Assembly (NCBI GenBank): GCA_003614675.1
Contig: ML002217.1
Span: forward strand, 62,001-84,711
Origin: Dimargaris cristalligena
Lineage: Eukaryota
DNA: 22,711 nucleotides
Direction of reading: 5' to 3'
The notes beneath the pieces are model-generated. The model was not told the DNA's origin and searched no databases. It saw nothing but the letters and a program-made list of their open reading frames with translations. Of the stretch, positions 10,868 through 22,288 are shown piece by piece. Both the position numbers and the translations under genes were made by a program. Each line of letters begins with the position of its first letter. The first letter of the stretch is position 1.

Positions 10868-11743
10868 ATGATATCTTTTCTAGAGTCCATCCAAGTTAAT
10901 CTGGCCCGTTTGTTCACCGTGCCAAGCTCCCCATGCCCTGGCGGATCACTGCGCCTTAATATATTCCATCCCCAGTTAATTAGGAAACGGTATGGTACTG
11001 CTTACCTTATTTTATTGATACGACATCCCTTATTACCCAACCGCTCTCCCTGTATGGCCCGCTGCCCGTTCAGCTGCGCCCCCCCCATCCACGGGGATTA
11101 CAACCATTATCCCATTTATACATATATTATCTATTCTACTCTGATTACCACCATCTCTTAGTAACTACTGAATAACACGGCTTCGTTGGGAACTGTCTGC
11201 CGGTCGTTTTTTCCTTGTTATAGAATTTCTCCCCTGTCTATCCGTCCACCTACGAATGCGCAATAACAATGCACCGTACTTGTACACACATCCACATACT
11301 GCCACCTTGGTACTCTCCTCCGTCGGTCATTTTCCACCTCCAATTCCCACCCACGACCAAACACTCGGCCGGGTTCCAATGCAAGTCGGCGTTGTAAGAG
11401 TGCACCTTGGTTATTTCCCAGTCCGAGTCCTCCCCTTTTCATCGACCGCCTATCCACCCCTTTATCACTTGGCCGATCCCCCGTAATTGGGAGGGGACAA
11501 CGACCTCTTCTAATTACGCAACCACTAAAAGACTTGGATACCACTATTACTATTACTATTACTACTACTACTACTACTAGTGGTAGTAGTAGTATTAGTA
11601 GTTTCAGCCGCCCACTTCCCGGCTCAATTAGAAATGGCACCGCGGTACTTGCAGAGGGTCACGACGGTACAGGGTTAAGCCGCACTCACCCCAATTCCTC
11701 CCGGTCAGCGGGTAAAGTTCCGTCCAATCCTGCAGTCCCTTGA
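10868..11743 (+). pseudogene. Possible two-exon Ser/Thr/Pro-rich gene (exons 10868-10989, 11224-11743) interrupted by one in-frame TAA at 11264-11266
   Basis: ATG at 10868, donor CG|GTATGG at 10990 and strong polypyrimidine acceptor TTTTTTCCTTGTTATAG| at 11223 in matching phase 2. After the single TAA the frame stays open for 158 codons to TGA at 11741-11743. No recognisable domain. Confidence 0.3.
11543..11602 (+). repeat. (ACT/ATT)n followed by (AGT)n: quasi-palindromic trinucleotide microsatellite
   Basis: actattactattactattactactactactactact-agtggtagtagtagtattagtagt; the two halves are imperfect reverse complements centred on ACTAGT. Confidence 0.8.
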
Positions 11744-12875
11744 CCCTACCTACTAGCCGCCGCCTTTCATTCATTAATTCATTCATTCCTCACCCAAACC
11801 TCCTCCAGCGCCACCAGCCCCGACTCGCGCGATTTGTTCATCATTATTCTTATTATATCCATCCCTCTCCTTCACCCACAATGCTCTCCCCCCCCATTCA
11901 CGGATTTAGGGGGAGGGGGCCCTTTGACGTTATATTAAACCTGTGGACCGATTTCACACTCATCCGTATACCCACACCAAGAGGGTTGCGTCAATCCACG
12001 TAAAAATCCAAATGGAGCCAGGGTAGGAGGGAGTCGTCACCCCATCGGTGGATTCAGGCGGATGTCGATGGGTCATTGGGAAGGGAAGGTGGGCTGCCTG
12101 TGCATACCGGGAGTGTGCCTAATACCGAGGGCCAGAGGCCTTTTTTAGTGCCATTAATATGCTAGGGTTTGATGGGCTACCGCCGAGTTTATATAGTTTG
12201 GTTTTGATGGGTCTGCGTGTGCTTTTCCATCGATAACGAGCTCGTTTTTAAGGGCCAACTCCCCTCATCTAAGTCTCGTTAATACATTAGCCATCAGGGA
12301 TTATTCTCTACAATGGGCACCGGTGCCTCCGCTAAACTCCATTTTCATGATTTCTCCTTGAAGTAGAGAGAACCCAATAAAATATAAGCCAGGTCGACTG
12401 AGGGAAGAAGGCATGTGTGAAGCTGGCTGGTGGACTCTATACCTGTGATTCGTGATATCCTTATCGCATGAGGTCATTAGGAAGCGCCCTATTGGCGAAC
12501 TTCGAATGAAGGATTTCTCGGGCAATCGGGCCCCCCACATCCATATCCCCCCTCCCTTACTCTCTCATCGCTCAAACCATTGTTCTTTCATCGACACCTC
12601 GGTATGGAGCGGATTCGATTATGCAATGTAATGGGATGTGGGTTGGTCATGTTACAAGGGGGTATGTTTGAAAGGGAGAGCGCATGGGGGGTCCTTGCGA
12701 CTCGCTGTGTAAAGTATTCGGATATATCTCTAAAGTGCTCTACATGCTGGTTGCCTATAATTCCCGAAACTAGTGTGGATTAGCAGTATTTCGGCTAGCG
12801 GGCTACTGCATGTAATTAGATCTACTAGGCCAACATTGGAACCAACTCCGGCATCCCCTTATCCTCTCGGTAGAT

Positions 12876-13014
12876 ATGGGTGAAATTCAGCCCAGCTATA
12901 TAAGGGTTTACATTATACGTGTATGGGAGAATATATGGGAAATTTATTTTTAACTAGTAATATTAGCCGAATCTAATGGATTTTTCGTTATATAGCTTAG
13001 ATGAACTTCTCCCA
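12876..13014 (+). repeat. Left TIR of element 2
   Basis: ATGGGTGAAATTCAGCCCAGCTATATAAGGGTTTACATTATACGTGTATGGG... matches revcomp of 14804-14942 at 132/139. Confidence 0.95.
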
Positions 13015-14803
13015 TATAATAACCCATCCTCCCTGGCACCATCGACGTAATTTGTTAGAAAGGCCCACCCCCTTGGATTAACTGATTAATGCCGTCTCAG
13101 GTATCACATGGTCAATAAAGCCATTCACCCCCAAAGGCGGGGCGTAGTCGGCCACCCGGTTTTTTAGGACAGTTGGGTATCGCTATTATACCAAGGCAAT
13201 CCAGGCCTTGCTATTTTATTTTTACCGCCGGAACGGAGCACCCAGAGCCAATCGGAAGTTGAGAGGGAGGCAGGCGGGAATTAGTGGTGATTGTGGGGGG
13301 AGAATTGATATGATGGCACCAAGTCGGTCGATCCTTACTTAACCCCACTTCAAAAAGGATTGCCCGCCATTTAGGGGGCACTGACCTCCTCCTCATTACC
13401 TTCCGGTGGCACGGTGGGTTTCGTTGTGAGAATGGTAAAAAAACTGGCATCCACAGTAGTACGAGCCCCATTCATGATTGGGGACACATCATAGTATCCT
13501 TCGGAATATGTTAATGGCGTCCCAAACACAGTTTCGAATACTGGGCAATACTCTTTTATCCACTCCCCAGAGCCCACAGCGCGAACAGTGGGAACCGAAC
13601 CTGAGCCCCGATTAATATGTACACGAATCGCATAGCAACTTCATTTTATTTAGGTTGGCAGTTACTTCCAGCCGGCGAATCCCAAATATGCACCCAGGTA
13701 GGTAGGTAGGTTATATTGCTCCCCTCGACCACTCTTTTGGTAAGCCGCCTTCTTCAGGGAACCAATAGCCAAGGCACTATTACTTTTATTCAGACCCAAC
13801 TTGTTCATCCCCCCCCAAACATTTCTAGCTTGTCAAAGAAATAAAAGAGATTCCCCCCTTCTTTCTGGGGGTGTTGCTGACCGTCATCAAATCACTGCTG
13901 TCCTTTCCGCGAATGACAGGCGCGGATGGTTAGAAGCTATATTATTAGATGGTCTTTAAGGTGAGTTACACACACCCCTCACATGCCCAATATCCCCCCG
14001 CTCATCCACTGCCTTCCGATCATTTGTTAGCATGCTTGGCACACCACCAATCATAGGGTCTTTAAGTGGGTTGCCTGATAAATAATAAGGACAATGAAGA
14101 AGTCGGGCTGCTGTGGCTGGATCAATGAAATCATTATCTAAGGTCCGGTAAACGCCGCAGCCTAGGAGAAGGAGGGGCAGCAGTATTACTGCTAGTGACC
14201 AATGGTTGGTTAAGCAATCCTTTTCTGTCCGCACTAATACCAATTTCCGACTAGCTAGGGGCTCGCCAACTAGAAAGGTTCTGTTCAACGACTCTCCCAA
14301 CCATTACGCCGAAACATCCCATCGGGGGCGCGTGAAAAAAAACTAAAAGAAGAAACCCCGAAAGAACAAATCTAGTGCATTAAAGGTATTGTTCGGTGCT
14401 TTGGGAGATGTTGCTTGGCCACAAACAGATATGTGGATGCCGTATGTGTTGTAAGGGTCTGGGTATCTGCATGGGTATGAAGTGTGTGTGTATGTGTATG
14501 TGTATGTGTGCGTGCAAAGGAAGAAAGGTAGAAGGAGGGGGATGGCGCTGGGAATAAAGGCTGGTGCAGTCTCTCTCGGTCACCATCTGTAATTCATCAA
14601 TCGAACTGTCTGCATTTCGGCGGCTCTACCGTACCTCCCTGGATGGAAGGAGAGTGGGAGGGGGGCGGCCGCTGGTGTGAGCGTTCGGACTCTACCGTGA
14701 GTCGACCAACAACCGTCCATTCGCGGCAGAGCGTTGTTTATACCTTATCCAAGTGTGTCGTCGCTGGTGGTGTATTTATTTTTACTCATTCTCATCTACC
14801 ATT

Positions 14804-14942
14804 TGGGAGAAGTTTATCCGGGCTGTATAACGAAAAATCCATTAGATTCGGCCAATATTACTAGTTAAAAATAAATTTCCCATATATTCACCCATACACG
14901 TATAATGTAAACCCTTATATAGCTGGGCTGAATTTCACCCAT
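14804..14942 (-). repeat. Right TIR of element 2
   Basis: ...CCCATACACGTATAATGTAAACCCTTATATAGCTGGGCTGAATTTCACCCAT is the reverse complement of the left arm. Confidence 0.95.
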
Positions 14943-15921
14943 TTAGAACCATCGAGGCGGCCCATGTGGGGCACTCGACAACAATTCCGAATTTGAAATT
15001 TTGTTATTGAAAATCGACAGAACAAAAATAATAGTGGTGGGGGGATGGTGATCATTGCAATGTGGCGCGTTGGGGAAAAAAAAGGCCAAATGTAAATTAT
15101 TGTCTTGGTGTCTGCCCCATTTCCCCCCCAACATCACGGGCACCATACATCAATAGCGGATTTTGCCATGAGTCATGGCCTAAATCATAATAAGCCAAAT
15201 GAAATGATGGGTCTCCCCAGGCCTTCTTTTTCGTTCACCGCTTTCTACTTCTATCTGGAAACTCCGAACCTTTTCTGCTCTAGCCCTTCCAAAAATTACC
15301 AGGGCGGCAAGTCTGATCAAATAATGAAATTCCGCCATCCCCGGTGGGAGGAGAATACCCACCCAGTCAGCCGTGTTTTGATTCAGGTGGTCTATTTGTT
15401 TTACCCTTAGGTAGCCATGCATTCACCACTATTATCGGGAAGCTCCTGCTAGATTCTCAAAAAAGCCGCGGCATCTAGAATGCTGGTCACCGTGAGTGTC
15501 TCTTCCTTTCATCCTTTCACCAGAACATCGGCATCGGATTCTGAAATGAGTCGATTATTTAGGAATACCAAAAATACAACACCCATGGGACTTTTTCCCA
15601 CTATTAAGCATCCCAATTGCCAACATCCCCAGTAATGATAAGATGTGAATAAGTGGCCTGGGGTGCCCAATCCAACACTATAAGGCAACCGTATATTATT
15701 AAAGCCTGTGATCCACTTTTGCCTATTTAGTAACCCCACCAATGAGAAAATTTGCCGTTCATAAAACCGGTTTGGGCTCTTGGTCAATCGCATACCTGGT
15801 AGTATTGTATTGGGCACCCAGCCTAGTATGGGACAGGCCGTCGGTATGTATCGAGTAACACTTGACCATTTTAATAGCAAATTCATTAAAAACGGCCTTA
15901 CGAAAACATGCAAAACTATCG

Positions 15922-17777
15922 CTAACAGTCGGTGGAGAGCGTCCAGTCGGGCACTTCGCCTTTAAAGTCGTCGCGGGATATCTCCGGACCGGGGCATTTG
16001 ACCGAGCCAATGAGCGAACCTAATACAGGGAACATCAAGTAGAAATATTGGTGTAGTAAGGTATGCAAAAAATCACCGAGTTAAGTGAAATTAATCAAAT
16101 ACCGGCGGGTACATTCCTGGCAGGGCATGTAGGGTTCCGAGGGTAAGTATTCGGAGCTATATATATATATATATGTGTGTGTCTGTGTGTATGTATATAT
16201 ATATATAGTTTGTTTGTTTTTTAAAAAAAAGAAAAGCAACTCCTATATCAGTCGAGTAACGTACCTCCGATCCAGGTCCGGTTCCCCCGGGGAAAGGTCA
16301 GGCCGTTCGTTTTAGCATCCTGGAATTCGAAGCGATCCGTTAAATGGATGAGGGCGGGTTTGTATTTCGGATGAGAAGTGATGAGCGAGCGGAGTTCTAT
16401 ATGCAAACGGTGGGTGAAATTAGGGAGCGACGCCGCACTCCCCGTCAAGAGACAGGTCGACGCCATGAGGTGGCGCAGGTCCAACGGAACCTTGAGAAGT
16501 ACATTGAGCATGGTGGCGGGGATACTTTCGATATCCTGGTCGGGGTCGCCCTGGAACCAGATTTCGGCAGCTCGTTCCCGGATCCAACCGGGGATGCGCA
16601 GATGGCGAATGGTGCGTTGGGGGAGGGCGGAGGGGTCGGAAGATGTAATGGTCGTAGACAGAGGGGAGGTTGGGTCGGGGGCCGGGAGGGGATAATCAAC
16701 ATCGGTAGTGGTGGTCATTTCCTGGTACCAGCGTATCCGTTCTTCGGGAGTGCCCCGGGGTTGACCGACCCGCACCGGACTAGCAAATAAGAGTCGGCAC
16801 TGAATGTCCTCAACGACGCCGGGGGAAAGCCACGAATTAAGCAGATCCGATGATGATGAACTACTGGCACCTGTCGCTCCTGCGTTGGTTGCCGAAGAGC
16901 TATCCGATAACAAGGTGGCGTGCTCTAGTAACAGAGCACGGAGGTGTTTGCCGAGGGCGGCACCCGCGACGGGGGTGGTTCGAATATGGTGAATCAGTGG
17001 GTGAGCGTCGTATACGGGCAGGACCGCTGCTTCTAAATGCCCGCAGTCCACCACCAAACCCGTCGTGGTTCCCGTGCTAAGTAACGCGAGGGTGGGGGCA
17101 GGGAAGTACAGCACCGCGGGCACCTGGAAATGGTTAAATAAAATATCCGCGACCAGCTTTTTGAGCGGTAGGGGGCACAGCGGGGAGTCGCAGATGAGCA
17201 CTTTACGGAGTTTAGCGTCCGTCATGAGGGCCTGCGTAAACATGCGGTGGAGGTGGTAGATTACATGGTCGCGGAGTTGCTGGGGCGGGGCCGCATGCAG
17301 GTCCAGCGAGTACAGGCCCGGCTGGTCACTCTGTAAGTGACCAAATACTTCCGGAGCGACCGGGCCCAGCGTACCGGCGGGGGTGTTGCGATTCGTGAAG
17401 GGTAGAGCCGCGCGGGGCTGCCACCGGAAATGGGCGTCGAGGGGAATGACCGCCCGCGGCTGGGCTTCGCCACTAAACCCGCATTTCAGCGAATGGCTAC
17501 CTAAGTCGAGTACGACGCGGTCCTCGGTACCGTAGACGGAGTAGCGTTTGATGAGGCCAGTCACACCGAGACCGGTGGTGGTGGCGGAGGACGAGAGGCC
17601 GCCGCCAACTCCACTACCGCCCGCTACGCTGCCACTACCACTACTACTACCACTACCACTGCCGGTCCCCAACTGCTGGGCGAAACGAGCCGATAGGTCA
17701 GCGGCAGATGTTGGAGTCCGACCCAGACCCGGTGTGGCGGACAGGCGACTATAGGAAGAGGAGGACGAGGAGGACAT
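15922..17777 (-). CDS. ARP10: Actin-related protein 10 (ACTR10/Arp11, dynactin pointed-end subunit), 536 aa; exons 17777-16265 and 16019-15922
   Basis: Actin-fold motifs with ACTR10 character: VVLDLGSHSLKCGFSGEAQPRAVIP, RKVLICDSPLCP, LFNHFQVPAV, GLVVDCGHLEAAVLPVY, RERAAEIWF. Phase-1 intron 16264-16020 (GTACGT..TTAG) restores WIGGSLIGS and the C-terminal VPDW motif; stop TAG at 15924-15922. Carries a ~75-aa Ser/Gly-rich N-terminal extension. Confidence 0.9.
16158..16207. repeat. Compound (TA)n(TG)n(TA)n microsatellite in the ARP10 intron
   Basis: Read directly from sequence. Confidence 0.9.
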
Positions 17778-18073
17778 GGCGGCCCCAGTCTAACGGAATA
17801 GATAATGGTTGGGGAATGTGATGTAGGACTGTAAAGGTGGTGGAAAAGTAGCGGCTAGTAATTAGGGTGTGAGTGGAATAGCTGAATAAAACAAGGTAAA
17901 CGTAACCGATAGTCTTGGGGCCAGGAAGGTAAATGTTAACCGGGTGGCTAGGCAGAGAGCCTGGGTGGTGGTTTGGCTTGTTTGGTTTAGGTTCGGTTGC
18001 TTTTCTCTCACACCACTTGGTTTTGAGCTTTTACTTCCGCTAACCTTGAGGACTCCGCTGTAATGGGAACTGG

Positions 18074-18081
18074 GTCACGTG
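18074..18081. promoter_or_regulatory. GTCACGTG E-box in the divergent ARP10 / Zn2Cys6 intergenic region
   Basis: Exact motif ~300 bp upstream of the ARP10 ATG. Motif match only. Confidence 0.25.
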
Positions 18082-18455
18082 GGTTTTTAGTTAAACTAGA
18101 TGGCAATCATGGTCCCGCCTTATCACGAGCTATACTGTGACTGTCGAAGCTGGTGCAATTATTAACCCTTTCCAATACCATTTAGAAAAGCGGGTTGTAC
18201 TAGAATAGAACAGCCGGGCCGGATTAAGGACTGGGGTGACTAGGCGCTGCAAGAGTCCCCAGTTAAGCACCGACTCCACACGGGGCTATCCTTTCTCACA
18301 CCGCATTAGCCTCCTCCTGGTTCACTGTGTCTGCTTCAGAGTGCTGCCCACTCGACTACTCGTGTTCTATCGCAGGAAGGAAAGCAAGAGTGAAAGGAGT
18401 AAAGTAAGGATAGGGATAGAGGCGAACCGGCCAGCATATATGCAGTAATGTGGAT

Positions 18456-18463
18456 TATAAATA
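18456..18463 (+). promoter_or_regulatory. Putative TATA box of the Zn2Cys6 gene
   Basis: TATAAATA ~250 bp upstream of ATG 18709, followed by a pyrimidine-rich leader. Confidence 0.45.
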
Positions 18464-18708
18464 CTCGCATTAATCCGTCGTAGTCCTCATCAGTTTAAGT
18501 CTCCTTCTGGTCTCTCGCATTTATTTCGATCGGACTTACAAATTCTTCCTGGTTAAAAACACAGTGTTTGATGTGATCCAGAATATTTCACTCTCTTTCT
18601 AATTTTCTTGGCTGATTATTGGCTGTTCCCATTTTTTCGGCAGTATCCATCAATCCTTTTTAACCTAGTCTTTCCTTCTTAATTATCGCTATAAGCCAAT
18701 TTAACCGC

Positions 18709-20785
18709 ATGATTTCCGCATGTTCCACTGCCGTATCCAACTCGGCTGACCTGTCGGTCCCGTCCGAGGTCAAATTGCGCCGGGTGTGCGACCATTGCTC
18801 AGCACGGCGCTTTCGGTGCAACGGCAAGAACCCGTGCGGCAGTTGTACCCGCCGCCTCTACAACTGCCACTACAGTCCATTTGCTAAACGTAAACCGCGT
18901 CTAGTGCCACCCACCAAAAACAATGCCCAGGCGGGATTCCACTCCTTCGTATTGGCCAACCCTCCTTCGCCCCCATCGCCCGCCCCAACTAAACCGAAGG
19001 ACTCGGTCCGCATCCAAACCAAGGTAGTTCCAACACCCGCCCCTCTTCCCGTTGCTGCCACTGTAACCGGGGCGGTTGGCGCTTCCTCTGCTGCCATTAC
19101 TACTACTACTACTACTACTACGGCGGCCGCGAACCCATTCCCAACTCCCACCGCCACTCGTTTCCAGGCCAGGCCAGCGTCGCCTTCGGTTTCAGCAACC
19201 CCGGACCCCTTCGTCGGTTCCCTGGTATCCGGGGGGGGCTCCGGACTCGGCCGCCAACACCATGGGTCCCCAACTTCGGGTATTCGCTGAGCGCCTAGAG
19301 ACCACCTTACGCAACCTGTACACCGCGGACTTGCCCGCCTTCTCCGTCTCTTCCCCAGCATTTGACCCGGGCCATCTGACTCCCAGTGAACTGGCCTGCC
19401 TGCATAACAGTATCCCGCCCTCCATTCCCTGCACCGAAGATGTTTTTTACCATCCCGGGCTCATATACCCCTTGGTCCAGCACTTCTTCGACAGCTTCGC
19501 CCGCTTCCGTCCCTATTGGCAGAAGCAGCGGTTTTTCAACCATTTGGCCGCTAACCAAGTCCCGCGATCCTTGCTTAGTTCCATGGTCGCGTACTCCGCC
19601 CAACTCTACCCCTGCCAGGAGAATTACCGCCATTTCATCGAAACGTGTATCGCTGAACATACCCACCGGGCCGAGCAGTTAGTGGCCCAGGAGCTTGAGA
19701 CCGCCAATATGGACACCATCACCTCGGCCCTCCTCCTGTGTCTTATCGCTTGCAATTACTGCGAAGTCGAGAAAATGGATATCTACGGTTCGTTGGCCAT
19801 TCGGCTCTGTTTCTACTTGAACCTGCACAGCGTGGACGCTCCCGCCCCGTCGCCAACCGGGATGTCCGTAGCCGATGCGAAATCGGAGCGACTGTGGCGC
19901 GAGCTCAAACGCCGCACCGCCTGGAGTATCTTTTTCATTTGCTCCATCGCCCGGTTACTAGGCAAAGTCACCTATGGCCTGGATCTGGACCTCGTTAGTA
20001 TTGATACTGCGGATGACAAGGTTCTCATTTCCCTGCTGTTTCTGACCACGGCAGCGGACGGTCCGCCGACCTATCCCCTGGTGATCTGGCCTCTGTTCAA
20101 TAAATCGTTCGGTACCGCGTCCTGCAATTCACTTGTACGCATTGCCAATCGCCTTACTTACCACCGACGTCGCTGCCAGCTCGGGCACCCCGTGAGCATG
20201 ACGCGTATCTGTGAAATCAACCAGGCCCTGAAAATATGGCGAAGTGACCTGCCCGAATATTGCCAACTGGACCTGGTACCCACTCGTACCCGCTACGTGA
20301 AGACCACACCCCTAGTCCTTAACGGCTTGGTCCACTTCCTGCATTACCTATGCTATTTCTACAATAACTCCACCCTTCTACTGGCCCCCGTCCGGGCCAC
20401 CCACCCCATTGAGGTCTATCATTGCGAAGAACTGGCCACCGAGGCCTTCCAGAATATGTGCCAGGAGCTTATCGTGCCCATGGCCGCCGTCCCTATTGCG
20501 CTGCGTCCGCTCAACTGCTTTTTCTACGGCTACTTTGGGTTCCAGGCCTGCCTGCTGAACTCGGCCGACGGTGCGGCGTTCAATGTACCCCGCCAGCTCA
20601 AACTCCTCGACCACGTCTACGTCCTGCTATCCGATTTCTTCCCGCACTCCAAGTTTAGCCAGGCGTTGGCCGAATCGCTGGGAAGCCTCTTGACCAAGTA
20701 TAATTTGCGCTGGGATCCTCCCTCCGCCAACATGGAGGAATTGGACGTGGAGGAGGGGGAGAACTGCGAGGCGGAGAATCCGTAA
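18709..20785 (+). CDS. Zn(II)2Cys6 fungal transcription factor with middle-homology (Fungal_trans-like) region, ~691 aa if joined; +1 frame break between the domains
   Basis: ORF 18709-19290 has C-x2-C-x6-C-x5-C-x2-C-x6-C (CDHCSARRFRCNGKNPCGSCTRRLYNCHY). The overlapping ORF to 20785 has MHR-type motifs (LVQHFF, SLAIRLCFYLNLH, ELKRRTAWSIF, INQALKIWRSDLP). Removing one G from G8 at 19231-19238 fuses them; an intron 19024-19177 or 19024-19195 would as well. Confidence 0.88.
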
Positions 20786-22288
20786 TACTAAACCGGCCTC
20801 TATATACATGGTGCATCAGCCCTCCCATGCCTGGGTGGGGCCCATGTAGAGGTATGCATATGTATTAATAAAATATTATTAATTATAGTTCGGCATGCCT
20901 GCCCGGGATTTATCGTCCAATCCAGCAGCCGATCCACCCGATACGCTGAGCCATGGGGCAATACTAGAGGACTGGCTTTGCTCTGTTGGATCCATCCCCA
21001 TTCAAGCCAACAAGTGGGTGGTGCCTGTACCACCATTTCCACGGCAAGTGGCGCCTGGGGGAGAGGATGTTTGAGACATCCAAGTGAAGAAACTGGTTAA
21101 CCTGCTTCTTCAAACCCATAGTGATTATGGGCCAACCAATACCCCACAACAACTATGCCCAACCACTCCATCTGGGTTCATATTATTGTAGCCCAACCCA
21201 CCACCACCTTTTATGTCGAAATACTTCCAGTCCCCAAATGGATAGTTTCCACAGATAATCAACATGGGCACTCGAGTCGGAGGGAAGGGTTCCCACCTAC
21301 ATACCGGTTTTCTAAACCAGTTCGAAAGAGACCGTGCATGCTCAATATAAACAATAGTCCTGATTTGGACACATTTAATCTACACGATAAAAGTGGACCA
21401 CCAACCTATTCCAACATTGATCATCAGTTTCCCTTTGCTGGTGGAGGGTATGCTTTGTGGTTGAGGCTAAGACTGGACATATTGTTGCTTGGTTAAAGGC
21501 CCGGTTATTTCAGTGGAATGCAGAGTCGACACAGTCCGTATAGGCGGAGATTAATCAAGGGCGGCAAACTTCCGACAATTTCAGTGTTCAGGACATTGAA
21601 GCAGCCTGCAGTGGTGGGGACATTCGAAGGAACGAAAACACAAGTTTCAAAAATAACGGAACGGCGGTGGGGTGTCAAGGGGGATATAGTTAGCTTTATG
21701 GAAAGGCTTGCAGCCGTGCAACCAGTATCGGGCTGAGCAACCCCGGTTATAGGCCAAACAATAGCTCATTGATGGAATGTAATATATAACTAGCTTAATG
21801 AAAATTTTACTGCCCAGGTATTTATTAAGCACTGTGAAGGTGGCCAATATAGTACCAGATATAATGGGCGGTTGACCTATACAGCAGGGGGTGCCAATGG
21901 CGATAATTATAATGAATTAATTGCGCAAATAAAAAACTAAAACAAGATTTGGATTGGATCGGTAGGATTGGACGGGCGATAAAAATAATAATCAGGCCAC
22001 CCAAAGCCCAAAGCCCAAAACTCGAAATCACACTACACTGAAAACAATCGTTGTAAAATAGCAAAGGTCAATCCCGACCCGAAACTAATCAAATAAACAC
22101 ATACAATTATATACGTATATAGATAGATATTCTAAAACAACAACAAAAGCGAAGCACTCTCACACTCACATTTAAAAGAAAAAAAAGGTCGAGTTTATCG
22201 CAACAGGGAGCAAAGGGATCTCCCATTAATGACACCCTCGCCCCTCCCCAATTCAAACCCCATACACCTTCGGGCAAGGTGGATAGCT

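Larger units (their letters stand above)
12875..14943. mobile_element. Second non-autonomous TIR element, ~2.07 kb, 139-bp TIRs, possible 4-bp TAGA target-site duplication
   Basis: 12876-13014 is the reverse complement of 14804-14942 with 7 mismatches and no gaps. TAGA at 12871-12874 and 14944-14947 sits symmetrically one base outside the matching arms. No transposase ORF is recognised inside. Confidence 0.75.

Noticed and set aside
15509-16010. ORFs 15509-15913 and 15759-16010 (-) as separate genes
   Set aside because: They overlap ARP10 exon 2 in another frame or its 3' UTR and show no recognisable domain.
16248-16264. ARP10 ending at the ORF-track stop (..WIGGTLLD*)
   Set aside because: That reading runs into the intron; splicing at GTACGT restores the conserved WIGGS...PDW C-terminus.
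8920-19290. A shared programmed +1 ribosomal frameshifting system in the polyQ and Zn2Cys6 genes
   Set aside because: No common slippery heptamer (such as Ty1-type CTTAGGC) is present at either break. Both coincide with G/C homopolymers, so sequencing indels are more parsimonious.
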